Source: Perna viridis (taxonomy: Eukaryota). From it: 64,000 nt of DNA. Numbering within the stretch: position 1 is the stretch's first letter; every line of letters starts with the position of its first letter. Positions 13,955-26,580 of this stretch are shown in pieces. Where the stretch lies: positions 60,057,195 through 60,121,194 of the forward strand of contig CM074513.1 of NCBI GenBank assembly GCA_037379345.1, given 5' to 3'. Made by a program: the position numbers and the translations under genes. The notes under the pieces are model-generated. The model had not been told where the DNA came from, made no database searches, and saw only the letters and a program-made list of their open reading frames with translations.

Positions 13955-14215
13955 ACCAGTCATGGAACAGACTTTTCTGGTGTCTACACACTCCAGTTAT
14001 GGAACAGACTTTTCTGGTGTCTACACACTCCAGTCATGGAACAGACAGTCATGATACAGACACAGACATGTGAAAGACTCTCCTAATGAATATCAAAAAC
14101 ACAGTCAAAGAACAGAGACAGATATGGAACACATTTTGCTATATGTATCTTAGTTTCCTAGTGTCTATCCAAATCGTGGAACAGGCTTTCTTGGTGTCTA
14201 ACCCAGTCATGGAAC
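13955..14215. repeat. Short ~37-bp tandem repeat
   Basis: GTCATGGAACAGACTTTTCTGGTGTCTACACACTCCA x2.5, with decayed copies downstream. Confidence 0.7.
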
Positions 14216-16229
14216 ATCTTCTACATAACATGAGAATATGAACAGACAAAAGTATCACATTTGTACACTGTACTTCGAGGGTGAAGCTATATATATTGAA
14301 GGAATTATCTTGGCCAGACTGACCTGTTAGGCGACATGGGAGTGGGTCTGAAAATGTGTTGCTTTCTCACAAGTAGAGCTTAAGTAAATATTCCACCTTA
14401 TAGTAACAGAAGGTGATTATGGTGTGAACAATTTGATAATAAGTGCACAAAACATTTAGCAGTCTTTTCTAAAGACGTTCCATATTCAGGGGGGTGTGGT
14501 ATCAAATTATAACACTCCACGTGAAAGTCCCCTTATAAGATCGTTACGAAATCGGCACTAGAACAATTACAAAGTGTCGGAACGTTACATTACCAAAACT
14601 GACAAATAAAGAGTGTAAAAAAAAACAAAACATGTCGAAATTGAAAATAGGGTCTCTTGCTAAGTCTATTGATCTTAAAATTATAAAGTCAGTTTAAAGG
14701 CATCGATTGCTAAATCTGAGATGAATAGACTTGAAATGGAATACAAAAGAACATGTAAAGTATGTCCATGTAAAACTGTTTAATTTACAGTTCCGCTGCA
14801 ACTTTCCATTGATTTATCTTCGATGGCGCCTTCAATGCGGAAGAAATCTTGGAATACTCTACATTATTGAATAGATATCACATTTGTTAGACATCGAATA
14901 TGCATGTATTTATTTTCAACGTATGAAGCTTATAAATCTATTTTTATTGTTTTAAGATAAATGATTTTTCTTTGAAATCACCACCACTACTAATTGGTTT
15001 ACGATTATATAATGTGTTAATTTTCAGTGAACTTTATGAATGAATATCCTAGAAACAGGTGGTAGTAATTCCGCGCCAATGTGCTGCACCCAGTAAATGA
15101 GGCTCTTTAAGAGGTGGTTTTGGGTTACATACTGCTCAGCAATGGGCGTTTTGATTATCAAATAAAAGTATTTGAATTTGAATACTTCAGTTATATGTCT
15201 TTGTCGTGGTTATCTTTGAAATAAAAATAATAAAAATGAAAATTAAAACATGTTTCCTGCAACTTATTTAGTAAAGTCCGAAGCTTAGGGGACTTTCAAA
15301 TCCCAAAAGAAAGAAATCATAAACTTCAAATAATGTTTGAAAATGGACAAAACTATCAAATGTTTGCTTCTTATAGAAAAGTATTCATAGCTTTATATAT
15401 ACAACATGTTCCCTGTTTTATATTGGACCTAGACCACTTTTGAATTGAGATTTTTGTGTGTTTTATATATTTTGTTGTCTGTATTTGCTAGATGTAGGCG
15501 TCGGGTCCCATCAAAATAGTATATAACTCTGTCGCATTTTTTCAGCCATTCCAAAGTCAAGAATGTCTAATCTTGTATTCATCTAGTAAGATTTGTATTT
15601 TTTTATTTACGGTGTAGTGTCGATATTTTATGGAAGTTTACGGTGTAGTGTCGATGAACCACTGTATTTATCGTTTCGCGGATTCAAGGACCAGTCGAAT
15701 GGGGATTAACTGTCTTTGGCTGTTTTTTTTTACAGACTGGTAGTATAGTTTGTTTCCTTAACCCCTTTTTCTTTTTTTCGTACGTCTATGCAGTCCCCGT
15801 TTCCTTTTTTCTTTTCGAACATGTACGTCTACACATATTGCACACACATTTATCTATTTTATTGTCATTTCTTTTTACACGTTTTCACTTTCAGATTTTT
15901 TAAATTTCTCCACAGAGAATAATCTTAATATTGTTATGACGAGTAGATGATATCTATTTTTATAGCCGATCTTCTCAGTACACACAGGACGTGTTACTGT
16001 CATCAAATAACAGAAGCACCGTCGCCAGATATTTAACACATCTGGAAGATCTAGAATCTATTACGTAACGAAATGCTGCACAATATAACTTGTTGACATT
16101 TCTGCTTTTATTTTGTTCAGGCAGATGATAACTTAATATGCCTGACTGACATGCTTTTTGGTTGTACATAATTGAAGCTGCTGTATACTGGAACAAATAT
16201 TAATTTTCTGTGTGAAAAATATACGAACC

Positions 16230-16844
16230 ATTTTTTAAACAAATTATTCCATGGTAGTAGATAACATATTAGTTATTCCATTGTAATAGAGTATTCCATG
16301 ATGCTAGATTTTGATGACAATTATTACGTTATATAAGAGATTTTGATAACAAATTTTTCCAAGGAAATTATTCCATGATAATAGAGGTTTTGATAACAAA
16401 TTATTCCATGCTAGTAGGTACAAATTTTAATAACAATTAGTCCATTGTGATAAAGATATTGGTGACAGTTATTTCACGGTAAAATATATCTTGTCTGATC
16501 ACAAATCACCATCGCATGTAAAAAGCATACGTTAAAAATTACCTAGTCACAAAATTCCCTGATAGCCCCTCATCGGCAGTTTACAAGATACCCTGATAGG
16601 ACCCAACCTAACGGCAGTTTTTTTTTTTAAAGTACCTGATAGCATCAACCCATCGTCAGTTTATAAAGTATACTCAACTAATCGGTAGTACACAATGGAC
16701 CTTGATGGTTCCCATGCAATCCATCGACAGTCAACAAATCATTCTGATACCATAGGACCCAACTAATCATCGGTAGTTTACAAAGGACCATGATAAATCG
16801 ACAGTTAACAAAGTATTCTGATACCGTAGCACCCAACTCATTGA
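16230..16844. repeat. Two adjacent degenerate minisatellites (AAATTATTCCATG type, then GATAGCACCCAAC..CAGTTTACAAAG type)
   Basis: Visible motif recurrences; the second array resumes at ~17212-17262, beyond a LINE-tail insertion. Confidence 0.6.
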
Positions 16845-17168
16845 CACTCTAAGACTAAGACACTTTATTTAAAGTCGGTACATATAAACATACAAAACAT
16901 AAGCTCTGTAGAGCTTTTATCCGACATTACAACAGTAAAATCAACAACATACATTAACAGCACATACACAAGTAATAAATACTTAAATATGGCAAAGCAA
17001 AGACAAAGCAGAACTAGCATGCTGCATTAAAAGCACTAGCAACCAATTATAATCCATGCGCTATTAAAACGAAATAATATGAAGCACTATAAAAGCACTA
17101 GTAACTAATTATAATTCATGTACTATCAAAGCAAAACATACATACATGTATATGATATAGCATACTGC
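16845..17168 (-). mobile_element. 5'-truncated LINE insertion consisting of 3' UTR only
   Basis: 9-bp TSD ACTCATTGA at 16836-16844 and 17169-17177. The minus strand ends with a GTCGG..CCGAC stem, AATAAA and a (TCTTAG)n tail. Confidence 0.65.
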
Positions 17169-17832
17169 ACTCATTGAGATCTGCAGGAGCCACATCTGCA
17201 AGAACTGCCATTCCAGTTGTTACAAAGGACCATGATAGCACCCAAACCCTCAGCAGTTTACCCCTGGTACACTACTGGCTCCTACAAGCTATAACCATCA
17301 TAATTATAGATTCATTTATAATTGACTTGTTCCCTTGTTGGTATGACAACTGTTTATAAGTTACCCTGTTGACACCCTCATATGATTTTGCTAGATACTT
17401 TGATTTAGAAGTCAGACGCGGGTTACAGCGTGTGAATAAAAGATAAAGTAGAATCAATTTTCAGCGTAGTGTTGTTTTACTTACTAGTTCTGACTTCCGC
17501 TGTTTATCGCTTTTGAGAGGGTCACAGCCAGTGAACCGATAATATTTCTCTGGAATTTTAAGAACTTTATCAACGAGAAAATGAGCATTAATTTTCAAAC
17601 ATCATTATTTGTATCGAATTGTGCTTGGGTTCTGCTATTCATGGTTAAAATAATCAACTGTATACATTAACCCTATTTATTTAACTGATTTGAAACATAT
17701 CTCATCTTTTCCATAATTAACAATTTGAAAATAGTTTTAACTGTTTTTTTTAACAGATATTTTGGATTTTTGGAAAGCGTATTAATACCCAAAAGGTTCG
17801 CTTTGAACACGACTTGAATATTTAAAATATCG

Positions 17833-19110
17833 TTTAAGTTTTCCTGTGTAATGCTCTACTGTGTACGTTTTCCTGTGTAATGCTCTACTGTTTAAGTTTC
17901 CCTGTGTAATGCTCTACTGTTTAAGTTTTCCGGTGTATTGCTCTACTGTTTAAGTTTTCCTGTGTAATGCTCTACTATTTAGGTTTTCCTATGTAATGCT
18001 CTACTATTTAAGTTTTCTTGTGTAGTGCTCTACTGTTTAAGTTTTCCTGTGTAGTGCTCTACTGTTTAAGTTTTCCTGTGTAATGCTCTACTGTCTAAGT
18101 TTTCCTATGTAACGCTCTACTATTTAAGTTTTCTTGTGTAGTGCTCTACTGTCTAAGTTTTCCTGTGTAATGCTCTACTGTCTAAGTTTTCCTGTGTAGT
18201 GCTCTACTGTTTAAGTTTTCCTGTGTAGTGCTCTACTGTTTAAGTTTTCCTGTGTAATGCTCTACTGTTTAAGTTTTCCTGTGTAGTGCTCTACTGTCTA
18301 AGTTTTCCTGTGTAATGCTCTACTGTTTAAGTTTTCCTGTGTAGTGCTCTACTGTTTAAGTTTTTCTGTGTAATGCTTTACTGTTTACGTTTTCCTGTGT
18401 AGTGCTCTACTGTTTAAGTTTTCCTGTGTAGTGCTCTACTGTCTAAGTTTTCCTGTGTAATGCTCTACTGTTTAAGTTTTCCTATGTAATGCTCTACTGT
18501 CTAAGTTTTCCTGTGTAGTGCTCTACTGTCTAAGTTTTCCTGTGTAGTGCTCTACTGTTTAAGTTTTCCTGTGTAATACTATACTGTCTAAGTTTTCCTG
18601 TGTAATGCTCTACTGTCTAAGTTTTCCTGTGTAGTGCTCTACTGTCTAAGTTTTCCTATGTAATGCTCTACTGTTTAAGTTTTCCTGTGTAGTGCTCTAC
18701 TGTCTAAGTTTTCCTGTGTAGTGCTTTACTGTCTAAGTTTTCCTGTGTAGTGCTCTACTGTGTAAGTTTTCCTGTGTAATGCTCTACTGTCTAAGTTTTC
18801 CTGTGTAGTGCTCTACTGTTTAAGTTTTCCTGTGTAATGCTCTACTGTCTAAGTTTTCCTGTGTAATGCTCTACTGTCTAAGTTTTCCTGTGTAGTGCTC
18901 TACTGTCTAAGTTTTCCTGTGTAATGCTCTACTGTCTAAGTTTTCCTGTGTAGTGCTCTACTATTTAAGTTTTCCTGTGTAATGCTCTACTGTCTAAGTT
19001 TTCCTGTGTAATGCTCTACTGTCTAAGTTTTCCTGTGTAATGCTCTACTGTGTAAGTTTTCCTGTGTAGTAATTGACTGGTAACGTTTTCCTGTGTAGTA
19101 ATTGACTGGT
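17833..19110. repeat. 29-bp minisatellite (~43 units)
   Basis: Unit TYTAAGTTTTCCTGTGTARTGCTCTACTG; decays out to ~19280. Confidence 0.96.
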
Positions 19111-19396
19111 AACGTTTGCGTGTATAATAGAATACTATTAAATTTTCCTGTGTAATAGTCTCCTGTACGATAATCTCCTGTACGATAGTCTACTGGCTAT
19201 ATTTTAACTGTGTTCTAGTATACTAGTTATGGTATACTGTTTTCTAGTATACTGGCTATGTTTTAACTGTGTTCTAGTAAAAACACAGTTTAAGTGCGCC
19301 AAAGCCAATTTTCCTAGTCACAAGCTATTTTCAAAGACAAAAAGCTATTTCCTGATATTTTTGGGTTCAAATTAATATCAGGGTTATGTCAGATTG

Positions 19397-19471
19397 CATT
19401 CTCCCAAGTCAGGGTTTTGAGTCCACTCTCAGGGAGCGAGAGTGGACTCAAAACCCTAACTTGGGAGGATG
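19397..19471. repeat. 75-bp hairpin with 34-bp arms
   Basis: CATTCTCCCAAGTCAGGGTTTTGAGTCCACTCTC-AGGGAGC-GAGAGTGGACTCAAAACCCTAACTTGGGAGGATG. Confidence 0.9.
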
Positions 19472-19608
19472 ATATTAGAAATTCAATTGAATTTTTTAAT
19501 ATTAAAAAATGATTTTTTTTAATATTAAAAAAAATTGTTTTATAATATAAGAAATCTAATTTGTAATATTAGAAAATGAATTTGTAATTTTCCACTTTGG
19601 CTTACCAT
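19472..19608. mobile_element. Truncated right end of the same MITE family as 19875-20876
   Basis: TAATATT-rich repeats ending TCCACTTTGGCTTACCAT. Confidence 0.7.
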
Positions 19609-19874
19609 TATATTCTTAATTATACACACACCAATGTCAGTCATAAATGACTCTTAAACAGATTTTTCAGATGCTATATATTTTTTTCACATTCATGGTA
19701 AAGTACAGGTCGATGACTTACGTTACGGTAATTTCTTTTAAACGGATAAAAACACTGTTCTCTGAACAATTCAACTATAAATCATTATCAATGACATCGC
19801 CTATCATACGGGCATCTTTAGAAAGGAAGTTGTGACGCGGGAACAATTGTATTTAGGCGTTCCTGCTGTATTCC

Positions 19875-20876
19875 TATGGCAAGCCAAAATGGAGAAAAAT
19901 GAGTATTTTCTAATATTAAAAAATGATTTTATAATGTTACAAATTCATTTTCTAATATTACAAATTAGATTTCTTATATCACAAAACACTTTTTTAATAT
20001 TAAAAAATCACTTTTTAATATAAAAAATTCAATCGAATTTCTAATATTAAAAAACGATATTCTAATATTGGAAATTGATTTTCTAATATTGGAAAATGGG
20101 TTTGTTGTATTCAATTACGATTTTTTAATATTAGAAATGTGACTGATTTTACAATATTGCAAAGTGATTTTCTAATATTACAATTTCATTTTCTAATATT
20201 ACAAATTCAATTTGTAACATTACAAAATGTGCGAAGTTTTGTAATATTACTAAATCAGGAAATTGTAATATTAGAAAATGAATTTTTAGTATTACAAAAT
20301 GAATTTCTAATATTAAAAAATATTTTCTGATATTAAAAAAATGATTTTGTAATATTAAAAATAAGTGTTTTTAATATTAAAAAATGATTTTTCAATATTA
20401 CAAATTCATTTTCTAATATTACAAAATAGATTTCTAATATCACAAAACACTTATTTAATATTAAAAAATCTATTGAATTTCTAATATTAAAAAACGACTT
20501 TTTAATATCAGAAATTGATTTTCTAATATAAGAAAATGGATTTGTCGTATTCAATTATGATTTTTTAATATTAGAAAATCATTTTGTAATATTAAAAAAT
20601 ATGACTGATTTTGCAATATTTCGAAGTGATTTTCTAATATTACACATTCATTTTCTAATATTACAAATTAAATTTGTAATATTACAAAATGTGTGATATT
20701 TTATAATATTACTAAATCAGGAATTTGTAATATTAGAAAATTCATTTTTAATATTACAAAATGAATTTCTAATATTAAAAAATCTTTTCTAATATTAAAA
20801 AAATGATTTTGTAATATTAAAAATTCATTTTCTAATATTACAAAATATTGATTTTTGTCCACTTTGGCTTGCCATA
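19875..20876. mobile_element. IS3EU-like MITE (~1 kb) filled with AT-rich TTTCTAATATTACAAAA repeats
   Basis: TIRs TATGGCAAGCCAAAATGGA / TCCACTTTGGCTTGCCATA; 6-bp TSD TATTCC (19869-19874) / CATTCC (20877-20882) with one mismatch; internal ~460-bp duplication. Confidence 0.85.
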
Positions 20877-21429
20877 CATTCCCTCTAGTCGTCAGGGTCC
20901 TTAATTTCTGTTAAGTGCAATTATTTAGATATCATTGATTCGTCTTCAGCTTAATTTAATTTAGAAACGGAGAATACATGTACTGGTAAGATGTTATGAC
21001 AATATTATATTGCTATGTATGATATATAAATTAAGCATTGGTATATATTACGGTATAACGTAATTCACAACATTGTAATTCGCCGGTTCATAAACTGTGT
21101 GTTTTTATTACAGAGAATGGTTTTACATGACAACAAAGACAGGAATAACTTTCGAAGAACAAAAGCCATTCAAAAACAATTTAATCATTGCAAGAATTTA
21201 AGTAATCACAAGAAGATAAGTGCTTCTTTGTGAACTGATATAGATAAATTATTTTTTGTTTTTATTTATTCAGATCACTTGAAAACAAGGAATATATATT
21301 GAACTCAAGCATAACTACAATAAACAAAATTATTTAAAGCCCAACAAATAGGGCCGTCCGTGCGAGACCCGACAGGGTAGTCAAGGGGTTAGTTACTACA
21401 ATAAAATATTTGATATTGCACCTTTAAGC

Positions 21430-22210
21430 ATATACCAACGATCACTTTCAATTTCTCAGCGATATAGATGGCATATTATCTTTAAACATTCCTAGTTTCG
21501 GGGGTTTGATACATCGCATCTACCCAAAAGAACTTAAGATAAAGGATACCACAGACACCGTGAAATCAGCCTCATATCTTGACCTACACGTAGAGATCGA
21601 TGGTAAATGGAAACTATTGATCAAACTTTACGACAAACGTGATGATTTTTCATTCAAAATTGTCAACTTTCCATTCATCTCTGGCAACATTCCTTCAGCC
21701 TGCGTATTTAGTTTTCATATCACAACTCGTACGTTATGCCAGAGCTTCAGTAACTACGTAGACGTCTTGTATCGCGCCAGACTTCTTACAATTAGGCTTA
21801 TGGAATGGGGTTATGTTGCTACACGAATAAAGTCATCAGTACAGAAGTTTTATGGTCGTCATCATGAACTCGTGGATCGTTATGGTGTATCCATCTTCAC
21901 CATGAAAAATGATTTGTTCAACGTATCAAAGTTTTCCTTTCCTCTTTCGTCTACCCGGACTCTACTTTCTATGAGCAACTCGGTGAATGTTTCTAGAAAA
22001 GCAGAGGACCTTACCCTACCGGTGCACCTGGTCCATGCTCCCAGTTTTTAGTGGAGTCCGAGTTACTCATTTACTCTTGTAACTTTGCATGTATTATCTT
22101 AGTTACTTTATGTTCTTTGTTAGGTTTGTCTGTTTTCCGTGTCTGGTCTATGTTCCTGGATTAAATTCTTTTGATTTCAGTTAGAATCCTGGTTCTCTTG
22201 ATTACTCTCT
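21430..22210 (+). mobile_element. Penelope-like family 1, copy B (RT C-terminal half plus complete 3' end)
   Basis: IYPKELKIKDTTDTVKSASYLDL..KLYDKRDDFSFKIVNFPFISGNIPS..KFYGRHHELVDRY; degenerate YIDD; no GIY-YIG domain after the RT. Confidence 0.88.
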
Positions 22211-24510
22211 CAAGTGACGTTACAATATCAGCGAAAAGTTGTTTCTGTGAATTACGTTATATTTTAATTTTGAAATTATAATAATTTCTGGTACAAGATT
22301 ACTCGTTGATCAAACATCTTATGTTTTGAAAGTATACCAGAACTATTTGTTATAATATGTTAAACAATTGATCGAACCAATTGTACCATTATCATTTCAT
22401 TACATGCCATTAAAGACTTCGATATGTCTTCATGTGGGGTGTATAAAAATGACAAACTTAACAGATATGATTTTTTTTTTTAATGTTGCTTGCCAAAATA
22501 TTGCAATTAGTTGCTTTTCGTGTTTGACCTTCCAATTTTGTTATGTGTTCCAATTGATGCATGAGAAAGCCATGAATTATATATATCACACTGTTATAAG
22601 TGAATTACGTTACAGAGTCGGTCATTCCCGTTAAGCTAATTATGAACATTCCAATTGGATTTGAATGCACAATTGTTTTCTATGTACATTTGTATCACCT
22701 ATAAGATGTATGAATGTAAATAGGTTGCTAAATTGGCCTTCATCTTTTGTTAATTATGTTTCCAAAGAATAATAAAGATAGCTTGTTTTCAATTTCATTT
22801 TGTCTTATTATTTTTGTTATTAGATGTTATAAAATATATAGTATCTTAAAAAAGATAATAATTTTTGAACAAATATTTGTTTCGTGTTGTGAATATATTG
22901 TTTATCTATCGAATGATATCATTTGAAGCGCAGTTTTGAATAATTGTATGATGAGACTTTTATTGTTATTCAACATTGGTGTCCAGAAGTAACGTAATTC
23001 ACTACCAAAATACACTGGGCGTGTTAAAAATTTCGTACAGGACATAAATCAACCCAACAAGAGCTATCTTGGGTTTTCTTGCAATTCAAACTAACGTTTT
23101 ATTGAAATTAAAGCATTTGAGTTGTTTTCAGTGTTCAAAATGTCCGGCCGCTTTTCTGTTCCTATTGGGGAACTTAAACTGAATAATAATGATTATATTT
23201 AACTGTGTGTTATTCTACCGGTTTTTATCGACTCTTTTATTTGAGAAATCCTCAAATAACTTGTATTTGTTCTAGAAAATTCCATTCATATTTCATACCT
23301 GTAATCAATTTGTCCCGTTCTCTGATTGGCTGTCTTATCATCCATTCGATGCAGAAATGTGTTCATGTTTGTAGTGTCACTATGTACCTTGCAAATCATA
23401 TTTTCATTCCGTAAAAACAAATAATTGCCAGTTTTATATGGCTAATTTGTTTTGAATTTTAACATTGAAAATAAATTTTGAGCTATTTAGAAAGTGAGAA
23501 TCGTTTCGCTAGTTCGTACTGTCGTATTCTTTAGTAATTTTGACCTACAAATGGCACCAAACCTCTAACCAAAACCATGGTCAGTTTCCCCAACCCTTAC
23601 TCGTGTCAAACACTGAGAAAAATGTTCTTGTGTGACTTATAAATATTAAATGAATAATAAACATTAAATTGCTTCAGAACTCATTCAGTCGACTATCACA
23701 GATCTAACATACATAAATAATTGCTGACATTGGTTAGTCCCAAGAGGTATTCCTAAACTATAATGCCTTACATGCGTGTTCTGTCTATCAATAGTCGGAA
23801 CCTGATATGCATTTTTTGGTCTTTAAACCATGTGCTATCAGTGAAGCCAAAATTCGAGTAGTATGTATAATTCGAAGTCATTTTGTTTTCGTGCTACACA
23901 GAAAAACAGAAGTCGACATATTATTGAAAAAAAAAATGGGACTGTACCCTGGAGACGGACCGAAATATGGACAGTGGATAAAGTATCATCCCATGTGGCA
24001 TTATAAGAACTGTTTCTGTGTGGTACATTTGTAGCTAATCATTATTACCAAGGAGCTAAAATGTTCATTAAAGTCAGTTTTCTCTACAGAGGTCAAGTTT
24101 CTAGGAGTTTCATGCTAGTTTGTGGCTGTTGGTCAACCACTAGATAATTAGATAGTTCTGTTTGAAGGTGTGGAGTTCTCTGTAGTATTTACATAAAACA
24201 ATGAATCACAGATGGGTTATTGTTACAATTAATACAAGAACAAGGTTAAGTACATTAGAAACAAACTATTCCATCTGTTTCTGATATCTTAGATTGATAC
24301 ATGATTTATTAATAGTGTTGACGTAACTGGAAAGGTCACGATACAGAAAGGCATACAGCATGTTCAGTCTGAGGACGAATTATTTCTGTATCAGAACTCT
24401 CCATCGTTCGCTGAGTGATTTTCACGTCGGTCTATACATCCTATTAAAGCTGTAAATAAGTCAACATGATTTAAACTTTGGTGTAGTCTTTCTACTAAAC
24501 ATGATTTGAA

Positions 24511-24712
24511 CGCTTACCCTACCGGTGCACCTGGTCCATGCTCCCAGTTTTTAGTGGAGTCCGAGTTGCTCATTTGCTTTTGTTACTTTGTATGTATGAT
24601 TTTAGTTACTTTATGTTCTTTATTGTGTATGTCTGTTTTCCATGTCTGGTCTTTGTCCCTGGATTACATTCTTTTGATTACCGCTATAACATTGGTTCTC
24701 TTGATTACTCTT
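24511..24712 (+). mobile_element. Penelope-like family 1, 3'-terminal fragment (copy E)
   Basis: CGCTTACCCTACCGGTGCACCTGG...TTGATTACTCTT, inserted in the second unit of a 35-bp tandem dimer; TTGAAC is present at both junctions. Confidence 0.85.
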
Positions 24713-25519
24713 GAACTTTGGTGCAGTCTTTCTACTAAAAATCGAAAAAAAATAATAAATTAAAAACACTGGAGTCAGGCATCGATGCAGATCATTTTTA
24801 TGTGGAGTGTAACAATCAAAGTCAGTATTCCGATATACATGTACTTAAAAAAAATATTGACTTATCAAAGGGAATTATGATGCGTTTAGTGGAGATCCGT
24901 AAATACTGTATAGATTCTCTCACGAACCAAAGACCCAGATTATGTTCAATAAGATTTTATGTAATTAAAGCCTGTTTTAGTATCGATTGATTAAACATCT
25001 ATGAATAAAGTTATTTAGATGATATTTTGTCAAGTATACAAATCCGGAATCAATCGATCATTGTACATGAGGTTTAATTTTTCCCCAACTATCTCCTGAT
25101 GTTTCTCTGTAAAACTCGAAATCTACTTCGATTGCTCATCGTTCAATATTCAACAGCAGAGAAACAAGGCTCTGTTATTACCCTTGCTTATCATAGCACG
25201 ATTCAGCATCTCTAGAAGATCTGATCATTGTTTCGCATTGTTTTAATTTGTTTCAACTTAAAATGGAATTAAACACAACTGAACGGCACAAAAACGAATG
25301 ATTTCATTTTCTGACTCTGCTTCAGTTAAAGGCATATCGTCGATACATTCTCAACCGCTACACATAAAAGGCTATCGTTCGGACCATTTCCGCTTTAAAT
25401 TTGATTTTTCCTGCCAGCTGTATAAAGATTGGTAAGTATACTACAGGCCTTGAGATTTAAACTGTGAAAAACAGTTTTGGCTGAATTCAGAAAGCACTGC
25501 CTCCTATGCGTGGTAAAGA

Positions 25520-25865
25520 GGTAGTGCCTTATTCTGAAAGCAGTATCATCCATGCCTTATTAATCTGTGGTATACAGTTTGGGTCGTATTCTGAACGCAG
25601 CACCCCCCCTCCCCGTCCCCCTTACATTTTTTTTTATCTGCAAGCCTTTTTCATATGTAGTGGTATTCTGGAAGCAGCATTTCCAATGCCTTTTTAATGC
25701 ATGTTATGAATTTGTTCGGTATTTTTTGGCAGTATCAACCCCATGTCTTTTTAATCTGTGTGATATGAGTGTGGTCCAATTTCTGGAGACAGCATCTCCC
25801 ATGTCTTTCTTTTTAATCTGTGTGATATATACTTTGGTCGGTATTCTGGAGGCAGTATCGATGTT
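25520..25865. repeat. Degenerate ~55-bp tandem repeat
   Basis: Recurrent GTATTCTGGARGCAGYATC..CCATG..TTTTTAATCTGTG. Confidence 0.55.
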
Positions 25866-26444
25866 TTATGGTAATTTACGTTGGTACTGCACATGGCGCT
25901 CAAAATGTTTCAATAATCAAGCAAATATAATCTAGAAATTGTCTGGTCCTACATTGTATTGAATCAATTTCTCCGGAGACCAATTCATATTAGCTGGTAT
26001 GTCAGAAACATGTACGAAGTAGCTCGGATTGGCTAGCCTTAGAATCGGCTATCCTTTGATAGATTTTTATATTGAGTAGATTTATAATTAAGTAATCATT
26101 TTCACTCGAAATGCAATCAAACAGCTAGCAATTCAAGATACACAAGAAAATTAGTTTTACTACAAACACGGAATAAAAAGAACTAATCTTGATTTCATAT
26201 AACGTTTTGTTAAATTCGATTAATGTTGCTATTGTATTAAAGTTAGTGGAGTAGGTTATAATTGGGAAGAAATCTATGATGTAACAGAAAACAAACATAT
26301 TGTTAAGTTGAAAGACAATGTATTATTTAGCGAAATAATCAATCGATCCTGGCGATGAATAGTTAATAGACAACCAATGTTTAGTTCTCAAAACAAAATG
26401 ATGTCATAACCACATAGTAATGTCTGAACATTTCTATTTCCCCT

Positions 26445-26580
26445 TTCAAAACCCACAACTTCGCCGTAAGTCTGATCGTGGAATAGGTTTTTTCTGTATC
26501 GTTACTGTTTCCCCTATCAAAACCCATAACTTCGCTGTAAGTCTGATCGTGGAATTGGTTTTTTCTGTATCGTTACTGTG
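26445..26580. repeat. ~70-bp tandem duplication
   Basis: TCAAAACCCAYAACTTCGCYGTAAGTCTGATCGTGGAAT.GGTTTTTTCTGTATCGTTACTGT x2. Confidence 0.85.

Noticed and set aside
11640-15200. Possible exons of a second gene
   Set aside because: No sustained ORF or recognisable domain; small exons cannot be excluded without RNA data.
9020-19110. CRISPR arrays
   Set aside because: The repeats are head-to-tail with no unique spacers, there are no cas genes, and the context is eukaryotic.
21971-22070. SECIS element (ATGA-N11-AA in copy B)
   Set aside because: The 3' strand reads TCAT (Watson-Crick) rather than the GA needed for the G.A quartet, and the AA is not conserved in copy A.
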